Positions 18,444 to 27,175 of a stretch of 64,000 bases of DNA are shown here, piece after piece. The position numbers and the translations under genes were made by a program. The notes beneath the pieces were generated by a model that was not told where the DNA came from, made no database searches, and was given only the letters and a program-made list of their open reading frames with translations. Each line of letters starts with the position of its first letter. Positions within the stretch are counted from its first letter, which is position 1. Source of the stretch: an uncultured Candidatus Saccharibacteria bacterium (GTDB lineage Bacteria > Patescibacteriota > Minisyncoccia > Phycocordibacterales > JACOZG01); the NCBI GenBank assembly GCA_964399075.1, contig CAYNPK010000001.1, positions 55,457 to 119,456 of the forward strand, read 5' to 3'.

Positions 18444-19187
18444 TTAATTTATTGTATCATAACGTGGTGGACCGAGAGAACCGCTAGCTTCTAAGGTAAT
18501 ATCGGCAAAATGGACAGATTGTTCGACTTCGATAACACCCTGACGAACAAGTTCGAGAATACCAAGAAAGCTAACAATAACATTCACCCGCTCTTTCCGA
18601 CCTCTCACTAGATCACGAAAACCTATTTTGAGCGATGACTGAATCCTTTTTGTTAAATCAGCAATGGCCTCTTCCAGACTAATAATTTTACTAACAACAA
18701 TTTTAGGTAAAGTTTCGACCTTGGGAAATAGTGTAATTAAATTTTTAACAGTAGCGACTAGTATTTTTAAATTAATTTCTGGTGTGACAGAAAAAACCGG
18801 GACAATTTCGCGGTTTTGTCCACGAGAAAAAATTATCTTGTTACCAAAACGATTTTTTATTTCACCACTTAACTCTTTTATTTGTTGATAAATTTTTAGT
18901 CGTCGCTCTAGATCAACCATGCTTTCTTGTTCTTCTGGAGTAGTTTCTATTGTTGGCAGAAGAGAAACTGACTTAATCAACATTAGAGTGGCCGCAACTA
19001 AAATAAAATTAGCTCGTCTAGTTTTGTCTGTCCGGTCTAATTTTTCTAAATAGAGGATAAAGTCGTCAGTGACCGTTGCTAACGACACCTGACTAATGTG
19101 GAGTTTTTTGTCCTCAATTAAATTAAGTAGAACCTCTACGGGGCCTTCAAATTCTCCCACTCTTATTTTAAAGGCTTCTTTTGACAC
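18444..19187 (-). CDS. scpA: segregation and condensation protein A
   Basis: FEGPVEVLLNLIEDKKLHISQVSLATVTDDFILYL is a ScpA hallmark. Confidence 0.85.
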   Translation of the reverse strand: MSKEAFKIRVGEFEGPVEVLLNLIEDKKLHISQVSLATVTDDFILYLEKLDRTDKTRRANFILVAATLMLIKSVSLLPTIETTPEEQESMVDLERRLKIYQQIKELSGEIKNRFGNKIIFSRGQNREIVPVFSVTPEINLKILVATVKNLITLFPKVETLPKIVVSKIISLEEAIADLTKRIQSSLKIGFRDLVRGRKERVNVIVSFLGILELVRQGVIEVEQSVHFADITLEASGSLGPPRYDTIN

Positions 19188-20577
19188 TCTGAATATTGAG
19201 TCCTAATTCTGCTAATTGTTTTGGCTCAATGGGAGCTGGTGCGTCCATCATTAAGTCCTTACCTTCACCAGTCTTGGGGAAAGCGATCACTTCGCGGATG
19301 TTGGGTTCGCCGTAAAGTAGGGTGACGAAGCGATCGAAGCCCCAAGCAATACCGCCGTGTGGTGGCGCTCCGGAAGCCAGAGCCTTAAGCATGTGGCCAA
19401 AGTTACTCGCAATCCTTTCCTCAGCAAAACCCATAATTTCGAAAACTTTCTTGAGTGCGTCTGGTTGATGGTTGCGAATACTGCCACCGCCAATCTCGAA
19501 ACCGTTTAGAGCCACGTCGTATTGAGTGGTAATGATCTCGCCAATTTTCTCTTTATTCATCAGCCAAGCTTCGTGTTCCGGAATAGCGCGAGAGAACGGA
19601 TTGTGAGTGAAGGTCCAACTACCATCTTCTGTTTTCTCGAAGAACGGAAAATCAATCACCCAACAGAAAGCGAGTAAGTTTGGATCATTCTTGTCCTCAC
19701 GCATATCTGGACGGTCGGTACCATACTTCTCCATCGCTTCCTTGTAAGTGATGCGGGGAAAAGGAATTTGTTGGATCTTTTTTTCTGGTGCTAAAGTCTG
19801 CACAATCTTGATTAGGAGTTCTTCATTGAGCGCCATCACGTCATCACGATTAACGAAAGACATTTCCATATCAAGTTGAGTGAATTCTGGCTGACGGTCG
19901 CCACGAGTATCCTCGTCTCGCAAACAACGAGCAAATTGGAAATATCTTTCCAAACCAGCTACCATTAATAATTGTTTGTATTGTTGCGGTGATTGCGGTA
20001 GGGCGTAGAATTTACCGGGGTCAAGACGCGACGGAACAACATAATCTCTAGCTCCTTCCGGTGTAGATTTTGTCAAAATCGGCGTTTCTACTTCCACAAA
20101 ACCTTCTTTGGACAAGTGGTCGCGAATGAATCTCATAACCTTATAGCGATTTCTAATATTCTTTTGTAGGCGTTCACGCCTTAAATCTAAATAACGATAT
20201 CTAAGACGTGCTTCCTCATTAATTTCATAGCCTGGAGTGTCAATCGAAATTGGTAAAGTCGAAGCTTCATTGAGTACATTTAAAGAGAGAATTTCAATCT
20301 CTAAGTCACCGTTTAATATTTTGGAATTAATATTTTTTTCTGGACGTTTATTAACTTTACCGATTATTTCTATCACCCATTCCGGACGAACTTTTTCAGC
20401 AATTGCGTGAACTTCTGCGTTGTTTGGCAAAGCTACCATTTGCACCTGACCGCTTTTATCTCGCAAATCCATAAAAATTAATTTACCTTGATCACGACGA
20501 GAGTTTACCCAGCCGGCCAAACGCACCTCGGCGCCAATCTTATCAGTTAGTTGATCAATATAAATTCGCTTATTCAT
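19168..20577 (-). CDS. aspS: aspartate--tRNA ligase, short (archaeal/type-2 like, no GAD insertion); could be non-discriminating
   Basis: Class IIb anticodon-binding OB-fold N-terminus. Motif 3 GGGSIRNH...PHGGIAWGFDRFVTLL...IREVIAFPKT. 469 aa. Confidence 0.7.
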   Translation of the reverse strand: MNKRIYIDQLTDKIGAEVRLAGWVNSRRDQGKLIFMDLRDKSGQVQMVALPNNAEVHAIAEKVRPEWVIEIIGKVNKRPEKNINSKILNGDLEIEILSLNVLNEASTLPISIDTPGYEINEEARLRYRYLDLRRERLQKNIRNRYKVMRFIRDHLSKEGFVEVETPILTKSTPEGARDYVVPSRLDPGKFYALPQSPQQYKQLLMVAGLERYFQFARCLRDEDTRGDRQPEFTQLDMEMSFVNRDDVMALNEELLIKIVQTLAPEKKIQQIPFPRITYKEAMEKYGTDRPDMREDKNDPNLLAFCWVIDFPFFEKTEDGSWTFTHNPFSRAIPEHEAWLMNKEKIGEIITTQYDVALNGFEIGGGSIRNHQPDALKKVFEIMGFAEERIASNFGHMLKALASGAPPHGGIAWGFDRFVTLLYGEPNIREVIAFPKTGEGKDLMMDAPAPIEPKQLAELGLNIQSVKRSL

Positions 20578-20601
20578 GTGGTTATTTATACCATTTATTT
20601 T

Positions 20602-20633
20602 TTAATAATGAAAGCGAGATTCCCTGTTACAGA
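20602..20633 (-). terminator. terminator-like hairpin (perfect 10-bp stem) between the high-GC lipoprotein gene and aspS
   Basis: AAGCGAGATT-loop12-AATCTCGCTT with modest U-rich flanks on both strands. Confidence 0.4.
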
Positions 20634-20641
20634 AATCTCGC

Positions 20642-21241
20642 TTATTTTCGCCCCAAAGTGATCTCAATGCCGATTGAACCATACCAGCCGTCAAGATCAA
20701 CATCGGCGCGTCGAGTGAAAGTTTCCGTGAAGTGATAGCCCATTCCCCAAACCACTCGCCAGTCTTTGCTTTTGCTGATCGGAATTTCTCCAATGGCTCC
20801 CAAATTAAGACCGAGACCAGTAAACTGATCCGGGGTGGTCAATTTGATGGGTCCTAGTCTGCCCATCATCCGATAGCGAGCTTGATAGGCTTCCAGACCA
20901 AGGTCTAGTCCCATCACTCGACTGGTTATCGGGAAATAGTGAACGCCCAATCCCCCAGAAACAAATGACCCTTCAGCTTGGCCAGCCAGAACCGGGTGGG
21001 TGGCTTGCACCCCTCCCTGATTGAACTGCAGTTGAGCATAAGCGTCAAGGTTGTCAGTCAAGCGCTGTTTAGCTCGCAGTTCCCACAGCGGAATAACAGC
21101 CTTAGCTCGCATTCCGTTGTATTTGCCACTAATTTGACGTGTAGCAAGGCCCAAGCTACCCCGATCGGGACTAATAACACAAGCCCCCAGAAAACCAGAT
21201 AGTCCTATCAAAACCAGAATTGACGCCTTTCTGATAGTCAC
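20642..21241 (-). CDS. lipoprotein with outer-membrane beta-barrel-like C-terminal region (OmpW/OmpX-like pattern); high GC
   Basis: GTG start with GGAG RBS. Signal plus lipobox LGAC. Alternating-hydrophobic strands (VHYFPITSRVMGLDLGLEAY, WRVVWGMGYHFTE, GWYGSIGIEITLG). GC well above neighbours. Confidence 0.5.
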   Translation of the reverse strand: MTIRKASILVLIGLSGFLGACVISPDRGSLGLATRQISGKYNGMRAKAVIPLWELRAKQRLTDNLDAYAQLQFNQGGVQATHPVLAGQAEGSFVSGGLGVHYFPITSRVMGLDLGLEAYQARYRMMGRLGPIKLTTPDQFTGLGLNLGAIGEIPISKSKDWRVVWGMGYHFTETFTRRADVDLDGWYGSIGIEITLGRK

Positions 21242-21300
21242 TTTTTTCTCCTTTCACTTTTTTATGACATGAAGAACAAGATCCTTGTTACTCTTCTATT

Positions 21301-21330
21301 TTTAGCACATTTAGCGAAATTTAGCTAATG
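21301..21330. repeat. three tandem 10-bp direct repeats (tttagcacat / ttagcgaaat / ttagctaatg)
   Basis: ATTTAGC core recurs with exact 10-bp phasing, immediately upstream of the high-GC lipoprotein gene and downstream of the trpS stop. Confidence 0.5.
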
Positions 21331-21336
21331 TTTAAA

Positions 21337-22317
21337 TTATCTCACCCCGATCTTCTGACGAACTGTCGCTAATTTCAATTTAGCCAAATCTCTCGCTCGA
21401 CTTGCTCCGTTGGCTAGAATCTGCTCAACATCGTCAACGTTTTTCGCAATACTTGCTCGTCGTTCAACCAGAGGTGTAAGCATCGTGTTAATATTTTTAA
21501 TTAAAATTTCTTTTGATTCTTTATAGCCAATTTTCCCTTCCAGATAACGACTCTCCAGTTCTGGAAGTTGACCTTCAGAAAATAGCTTATGCAGAGCAAA
21601 CACATTGCATTTCTCTGGGTCTTTAACTTCATCGGTTGATTTAGAATCAGTCACAATACTCATGACTAATTTTGCTACTTCTTGTTCGTTAGCAAAAAGT
21701 GGAATAGTATTGTTATAACTTTTACTCATCTTGCGACCGTCAATCCCTGGTATGGTCTTAATTTTATCCAGAATCAATGGCTCCGGAAGGTGGAAGGTGT
21801 CGTCAAACAATCGATTGAACTTCTCGGCGGTGTCACGAGCAATTTCCACATGCTGTTTCTGGTCTTGCCCGACTGGCACCACATCAGCGTCGTATAGCAA
21901 AATATCAGCCGCCATCAGTAATGGATAAGCAAAAGTTCCCACGCTCACTTCCACCCCTTTGCTAAGGGCGTCTTTATAAGCGTGAGCTCTCTGTAGATAA
22001 GGCACAGTAGTGAGACAATTGAAAATCCAAGCTAACTCTGTGTGTTCCGGCACCTCTGATTGTTTAAAGAGAATCACTCGCTCTGGATCAAGACCGATAG
22101 CGAGATAATCTATAGCCATATCCAGAGAATTTCGTCGGAGATGAGGCGCTCGATGTTCAGTTGTTAGGGCGTGATAGTCGACAATCATAACCAAACTCCG
22201 GTATTCATCCTGAAGGTCTACAGCCTGTTTGAGAGCACCAAAATAATTACCAATATGCGGTCGCCCAGTTGGCTTAATTCCTGTAACTAAAATTTTCTGT
22301 TTGTTACTAGTTTCCAT
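21337..22317 (-). CDS. trpS: tryptophan--tRNA ligase
   Basis: TGIKPTGRPHIGNYFGAL (HIGH-type) and KMSKS. Confidence 0.9.
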   Translation of the reverse strand: METSNKQKILVTGIKPTGRPHIGNYFGALKQAVDLQDEYRSLVMIVDYHALTTEHRAPHLRRNSLDMAIDYLAIGLDPERVILFKQSEVPEHTELAWIFNCLTTVPYLQRAHAYKDALSKGVEVSVGTFAYPLLMAADILLYDADVVPVGQDQKQHVEIARDTAEKFNRLFDDTFHLPEPLILDKIKTIPGIDGRKMSKSYNNTIPLFANEQEVAKLVMSIVTDSKSTDEVKDPEKCNVFALHKLFSEGQLPELESRYLEGKIGYKESKEILIKNINTMLTPLVERRASIAKNVDDVEQILANGASRARDLAKLKLATVRQKIGVR

Positions 22318-22400
22318 ATTTTCTCATTATAGCAAAAAATATTATGGTGGTCTAAGTTGCGAATTGTATCTTTCCATAGCTCCCTTTTTGTTTTTCATGC

Positions 22401-22439
22401 AAAAAAAGGACCCCATCCACCAATTGGTGAACGGGGCCC
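22401..22439 (-). terminator. rho-independent terminator of the high-GC 212-aa gene
   Basis: Minus-strand GGGCCCCGTTCACCAATTGGTGGATGGGGTCC followed by TTTTTTT. The core contains the 12-nt palindrome CACCAATTGGTG. Confidence 0.65.
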
Positions 22440-22476
22440 AAGGTCTAAGAATCCAGAAGTTCTGGGATTCCAGACT

Positions 22477-23115
22477 CTAGACACTTTGCGAGACGACAAA
22501 CGCAAAACCGCCGTCAACATTCCACCTGCTGCCGGGCTTGTCGTAGCACGCATGCAGCAAGCGACCGTCGCGGTACGCACCGAGTAAGTGCGGGAGGCCG
22601 AGGGAGTCGAGGATGAGTTTGTGCATGGCGACGATCCAGGCCAGACCCATCTGCTCGATTTCCTTGTCCGTGAACTTCAGACGGATGAGGCAAGCCAGCT
22701 CGGCGTTGGGGGTGGTCAGCTTGCGCCTCTTGGCCTGGGCGCGGATCTTTGAGCTGATCCGGTCCTCGTCTTCGAAGAGCAGGCCCTTGATCACAGCGAC
22801 TTCGGTGGTCACGCCACTCGTCGGTTTGAAGTCCGAGGAACGGAGCAGCTGCTTGGCGTGGTCTCCAATACAGACGCCCTGGCTCTCCAGTCTGGCGATC
22901 CAGTCTTCGCCGGTCGTGCCGTCCGAGGTGACGCTGAAGCGAATGACGCCGTTTTCCTCGTGCCAGGTGCGAATTGGCTTTTGAGCCACGAGCTCGCCGG
23001 CGAGAAATGCCCGGATACCGTTTGCGGTACTCATTCCGGCATCCTGTCCGATCTTCATGAGGGCCGCGTCCAGCTGTCCACGGGTGAAATGATTCAGTTC
23101 GTTGACCCGACCCAT
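22477..23115 (-). CDS. hypothetical protein, high-GC single-gene cassette (no recognisable domain)
   Basis: AGGAGA RBS 6 nt before the ATG and its own terminator. Inserted between trpS and valS. GC visibly far above flanks. Confidence 0.55.
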   Translation of the reverse strand: MGRVNELNHFTRGQLDAALMKIGQDAGMSTANGIRAFLAGELVAQKPIRTWHEENGVIRFSVTSDGTTGEDWIARLESQGVCIGDHAKQLLRSSDFKPTSGVTTEVAVIKGLLFEDEDRISSKIRAQAKRRKLTTPNAELACLIRLKFTDKEIEQMGLAWIVAMHKLILDSLGLPHLLGAYRDGRLLHACYDKPGSRWNVDGGFAFVVSQSV

Positions 23116-23160
23116 GACATTCTCCTTTCGGCTAATTGCCGAAAAATATTCTCGCTACCC

Positions 23161-23239
23161 GCGAGCTGGGGCCAGACCATTGTGGTCATAGCCAAGAAAA
23201 GCCTAGTTTCTAAGTCCCTTTTGGCTATGACCAGCTCGC
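23161..23239. repeat. long imperfect inverted repeat (about 19-bp arms, one arm carrying a 15-16 nt insertion)
   Basis: gcgagctgg[ggccagaccattgtg]gtcatagccaa ... ttggctatgaccagctcgc. Lies between the valS stop and the start of the high-GC gene. Confidence 0.5.
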
Positions 23240-23278
23240 AAATTTTATTAAAGATCAGATACTCCCCTTAGTAGATAC

Positions 23279-25363
23279 CTAAACCACAGATTTGTCAAGC
23301 GTTGGCCACTTGGCCACAAGCAACAATTCTGATTGATTTATTTTCTCCCAAATTGTCTCGGTGATGAAGGGCATCACGGGGTGGATAATCTTCAAAGTTC
23401 GCAATAACACTGTCGCTAAAATTTTACCAGTGTTTTCTTTTAATTTAGGATCTAATAATTGCTTCTTACTCTCTTCAATATATTTATCAGCCAAATCACG
23501 CCAAACGAAATCATATAAGAAGTGGGTAGCCTGACCAAAATTATAATTCTTAATCTGTGCCTCAACTTCAGTAACCGTCTTGTTAAGCGCCGAAATAATT
23601 AGCTTATCAGCATCAGTTAAGGCTGTGAGTTTAGTCTCTTCAATTTTAATTTCTCCACTTTTTTTATCATCAATAGCGCTAACAACATAACGAGAAATAT
23701 TCCAAAGCTTGTTGCAGAATTTTTTTCCAGTGATTAAAATATTTTCATTGAAACGCATTTCCTGACCTTCGAAAGATTGATACAACAAACCAAACCGCGT
23801 GGCATCGGCGCCGTATTTATTAATCATTTCCATTGGGTCAATACCGGTACCCAGAGACTTACTCATTCGCCGACCGTCTTTAGTTAAAATCGTGGCATGA
23901 ATTACCACATCAGAAAACGGTAACTTGTTGGTAAACTCCAGACCGGAAAAGAGCATCCTAGAAATCCAAAGGTGGATAATATCACGAGCTGAAGTGATTA
24001 CTTGCGTGGGGTAAAACTCTGACAAATCTTTAGTTTTCTTAGGCCAACCAAGAGTCGCCAGTGGCCACAGGGCTGAAGAAAACCAGGTATCAAAGGTGTC
24101 AGTGCTATCGGCGATAGGAATAGGGTGTCCCCACCAAATTTGACGCGAAATACACCAATCTCGAACATTCTCGAGCCAGTCAACGGCAACCTTGGTCCAG
24201 CGTTCCGGATAATAAGCTACTTCCCCATTTTTAATCGCTGTCAAAACTTTTTTGGCCAAGGGGGCCATCTTCAAGAACCACTGCTTAGACATCATTGGCT
24301 CCACCGTTGAGTTACAACGATAACACTTGGCTACATTATGAACAGCTTTTTCCTCTTTCTCAATTAGACCTTTCGCTCGTAATTTTTCAACAATTTTTGA
24401 CCTGGCTTCGGAAATTTTCAAGCCAGCAAATTTTCCAGCGATTGGTAAAAGTTTTCCATATTTATCAATAATTAACTCACCATCTAATTTATGGCGTTCC
24501 GCAATCTCGAAATCAACAATATCGTGATAAGGAGTGATCGTCATCACACCAGTGCCGAAATTCATATCAATTGCCTTGTCTTTAATTACAGTGGCGGTCA
24601 CTGGTCCATTGATCCATTCCAGACTAATTTTCTCTCCATGTTCATATTGTTGATAGCGAGTATCATCCGGGTGCATTACAACGTATTTATCACCAAATTT
24701 TGTCTCTGGTCGTGCGGTGGTGATGATAAAAGGTCCATATTTAAGATAATAAAAGATTCCTTCTTCTTCAACATACTCAAGCTCCAAATCAGAGAGGGCT
24801 GTCTGATCTTTAACACACCAATTGATCACTCGCTCACCGCGATAAATCAAACCCTGTTGGTGATAATTTTCAAAAGCTGTTTTAACCGCCTCTTGATAGT
24901 CTTTGTCCATAGTAAAACGAGTTCGAGACCAGTCGCAAGAACAACCGAGAGTTTTGAGTTGGTTTAAAATAATATCACCGTATTTATCTTTCCATTCCCA
25001 GATTTTTTCCAAAAACTTTTCTCGCCCCAAATCATGGCGACTAAGACCTTGTTTTTTTAAATCTTTTTCTACCACATTTTGCGTCGCAATCCCGGCGTGA
25101 TCAGTTCCGGGAAGCCAGAGGGTTTTGTAGCCTTTCATCCTATGGAATCTGATCAATACATCAGAAATAGTATTTTCCAACGCGTGTCCCATATGAAGAG
25201 AGCCAGTCACATTTGGTGGCGCAATGAGAATGGTATAAGGCTCCTTTCTGTCGCCGGGCAAATTATCCGGGTTAAACAAACCACTCTTTAGCCACTTATT
25301 ATAGATTTTCTCTTCAGTTTCTTTGGGATTATATTGCGCTGTTATTTGATCCATTTGAATCAT
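23279..25363 (-). CDS. valS: valine--tRNA ligase (short form, lacks C-terminal coiled-coil)
   Basis: PPNVTGSLHMGHALENT (HIGH) and KMSKSLGTGIDP (KMSKS); 694 aa. Confidence 0.85.
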   Translation of the reverse strand: MIQMDQITAQYNPKETEEKIYNKWLKSGLFNPDNLPGDRKEPYTILIAPPNVTGSLHMGHALENTISDVLIRFHRMKGYKTLWLPGTDHAGIATQNVVEKDLKKQGLSRHDLGREKFLEKIWEWKDKYGDIILNQLKTLGCSCDWSRTRFTMDKDYQEAVKTAFENYHQQGLIYRGERVINWCVKDQTALSDLELEYVEEEGIFYYLKYGPFIITTARPETKFGDKYVVMHPDDTRYQQYEHGEKISLEWINGPVTATVIKDKAIDMNFGTGVMTITPYHDIVDFEIAERHKLDGELIIDKYGKLLPIAGKFAGLKISEARSKIVEKLRAKGLIEKEEKAVHNVAKCYRCNSTVEPMMSKQWFLKMAPLAKKVLTAIKNGEVAYYPERWTKVAVDWLENVRDWCISRQIWWGHPIPIADSTDTFDTWFSSALWPLATLGWPKKTKDLSEFYPTQVITSARDIIHLWISRMLFSGLEFTNKLPFSDVVIHATILTKDGRRMSKSLGTGIDPMEMINKYGADATRFGLLYQSFEGQEMRFNENILITGKKFCNKLWNISRYVVSAIDDKKSGEIKIEETKLTALTDADKLIISALNKTVTEVEAQIKNYNFGQATHFLYDFVWRDLADKYIEESKKQLLDPKLKENTGKILATVLLRTLKIIHPVMPFITETIWEKINQSELLLVAKWPTLDKSVV

Positions 25364-26102
25364 TTTTTAATTCTACAATAAAAGTACTGCCTAAGTTTTT
25401 GCCATCGCTCTCGGCCCAAATTTTGCCATTATGCGCCTCGATAATTTGTTTCGATATATACAAACCTAAACCAGTACCAGGAGCATAAGATTGGCTAAAG
25501 TCTTTAGAGCGAGCAAATTTTTCAAAAATAGTTGGCATTGTTTCTGAAGAAATACCCATCCCGGTATCTTTAACAGTCAATCTAATACCAGTTTCTGTTC
25601 TCGACAAAGAAACTTCCGCCTTGCCTTTTTCGGTAAATTTTATAGCGTTATCAATTAAATTATTAACTACTTGAGCTAATTGATCAGAGTCGGCTAAGAT
25701 GCTGTAATTTTCGCCTGTAGCGATTTCTAAATCAAGATTTAATTCTTTTCTTTCGGCAAATGGTTTAAATTTATCAATAACTTGTTTAGTTAATATATCA
25801 AGATCCAGCTTCTCAAATTTATAATTTAATTTTCCCAGTTCGATTCTAGAAGCGTTTAAATAATTTTCAGTGATATCAATTAGTTGCTGACTGGATTGAT
25901 AAATTGCCTCAACGGCTGTCTGCGCTTCACTGTTTATTTTACCGAAGGATCCTTCTAAAATCATTGAGGAATAACCCTTGATTGTGGTAAGTGGTGTCCA
26001 CAATTGATGATAAAGGAGAGATAAGAAGTGAATCTTTTGCTGTTCTAGATCTTGAGTTTGCTCTTCTGATTTTTTTAAAGTGTTTATTTGTGTTATTTCC
26101 AT
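25329..26102 (-). CDS. cytoplasmic sensor histidine kinase (HisKA + HATPase_c), no TM
   Basis: H-box YHQLWTPLTTIKGY. N/G boxes NLIDNAIKFT, GTGLGLYISKQIIEAHNGKIW. 35-bp overlap with the valS start. Confidence 0.8.
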   Translation of the reverse strand: MEITQINTLKKSEEQTQDLEQQKIHFLSLLYHQLWTPLTTIKGYSSMILEGSFGKINSEAQTAVEAIYQSSQQLIDITENYLNASRIELGKLNYKFEKLDLDILTKQVIDKFKPFAERKELNLDLEIATGENYSILADSDQLAQVVNNLIDNAIKFTEKGKAEVSLSRTETGIRLTVKDTGMGISSETMPTIFEKFARSKDFSQSYAPGTGLGLYISKQIIEAHNGKIWAESDGKNLGSTFIVELKNDSNGSNNSAI

Positions 26103-26110
26103 AAATTATA

Positions 26111-27166
26111 TTAAATTCCCTCCTTTTTTAAATCCTCAATTAATTTTCTAGCCTGACGAGAAAGTTTAGCTGGTGTTTTAATAATCATTCGAATCAATAA
26201 ATCACCGCGTTTACCACCGCGATAAGGTACCCCACGACTACGAACTCGCAATATTTCTCCATAAGAAATACCCGCCGGAATTTTAACTTTAATCATTCCA
26301 TCCAAAGTTTCTACCGCGTACTCTGCACCCAAGATTGCATCAGAAAGTTTTACTGACAAATCCATTACTAAATTTAAACCATCGCGACGAAACGTTCTGT
26401 GTTTTTCAACGTGAACTCTAACATACAGATCGCCACTAACTCCGCGAGGTGCTGCTTCTCCTTGGTTGGCCAGACGAATCATTTCTCCATTCTCTATGCC
26501 CGTTGGGATAGCTACTTTAATTTCTTCTGGGCCCTTGACTACTCCAACCCCGTCACAATTAGAACATTTTTCTTCCGGCACTTCCCCACTACCGAAACAG
26601 GTAGTACAATCTCTAGCCACGCTGATAGTTCCCAAAAAGGATTTTCTCGCTTCGCGAATTTGACCTTTACCGTCACAAGTTTGACATTTTTTAGCTTTTG
26701 AACCAGTTTTAGCGCCATTACCTTGGCAAACTTGGCATTGGCTAACTTTATGAATTAGTACTTGGCGATCAACGCCGAAAACCGCTTCTTGAAAAGTTAC
26801 TTGGATGTCAACTGAGATATCTCGCCCACGCTTTACTTGCTGTCCCCGACCTCTTCCGCCAGAAAAAAATTCGCTAAAAATGTCGCCAAAATCAAATTCC
26901 ATTCCACCGGCGCCATTAGCTCGAGTAAAATCAGAAAAATCCCAAGTATTGCCACTTGTGGCGCCGGAGGAACCATAAGCATCGTACTCTTGCCGTTTCC
27001 TGTCGTCAGACAAAATCTGATAAGCTTCATTTATGGCTTTAAATTTGCCCTCATCACCAGTTTTCTTGTCGGGATGGTAACGATGCGCCAGTTTATGAAA
27101 AGCTTTTTTTATTTCGTCCTTGGATGCGGTTCGGTTAACACCTAAAATTTCGTAATAATTCTTCAT
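26111..27166 (-). CDS. dnaJ: molecular chaperone DnaJ
   Basis: J-domain with HPD (YHPDKK), G/F region, four CxxCxGxG zinc-finger repeats. Confidence 0.9.
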   Translation of the reverse strand: MKNYYEILGVNRTASKDEIKKAFHKLAHRYHPDKKTGDEGKFKAINEAYQILSDDRKRQEYDAYGSSGATSGNTWDFSDFTRANGAGGMEFDFGDIFSEFFSGGRGRGQQVKRGRDISVDIQVTFQEAVFGVDRQVLIHKVSQCQVCQGNGAKTGSKAKKCQTCDGKGQIREARKSFLGTISVARDCTTCFGSGEVPEEKCSNCDGVGVVKGPEEIKVAIPTGIENGEMIRLANQGEAAPRGVSGDLYVRVHVEKHRTFRRDGLNLVMDLSVKLSDAILGAEYAVETLDGMIKVKIPAGISYGEILRVRSRGVPYRGGKRGDLLIRMIIKTPAKLSRQARKLIEDLKKEGI

Positions 27167-27175
27167 AAACTGATC

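Noticed and set aside
20602-20633. Interpreting the 10-bp perfect hairpin as a transposon end or MITE
   Set aside because: No second copy or flanking direct repeat was found in the window. It is more simply a transcription terminator or attenuator.
21301-21330. CRISPR array
   Set aside because: The only tandem repeats found (3x10 bp at 21301-21330; 3x about 11 bp at 55329-55360) are far too short and have no spacers. No cas genes are present.
22357-22587. ORFs 22357..22587 (+) and 22395..22580 (-) across the trpS / island-D intergenic
   Set aside because: They span a terminator hairpin and the GC-rich 3' end of the island gene, with no RBS. They are likely spurious.
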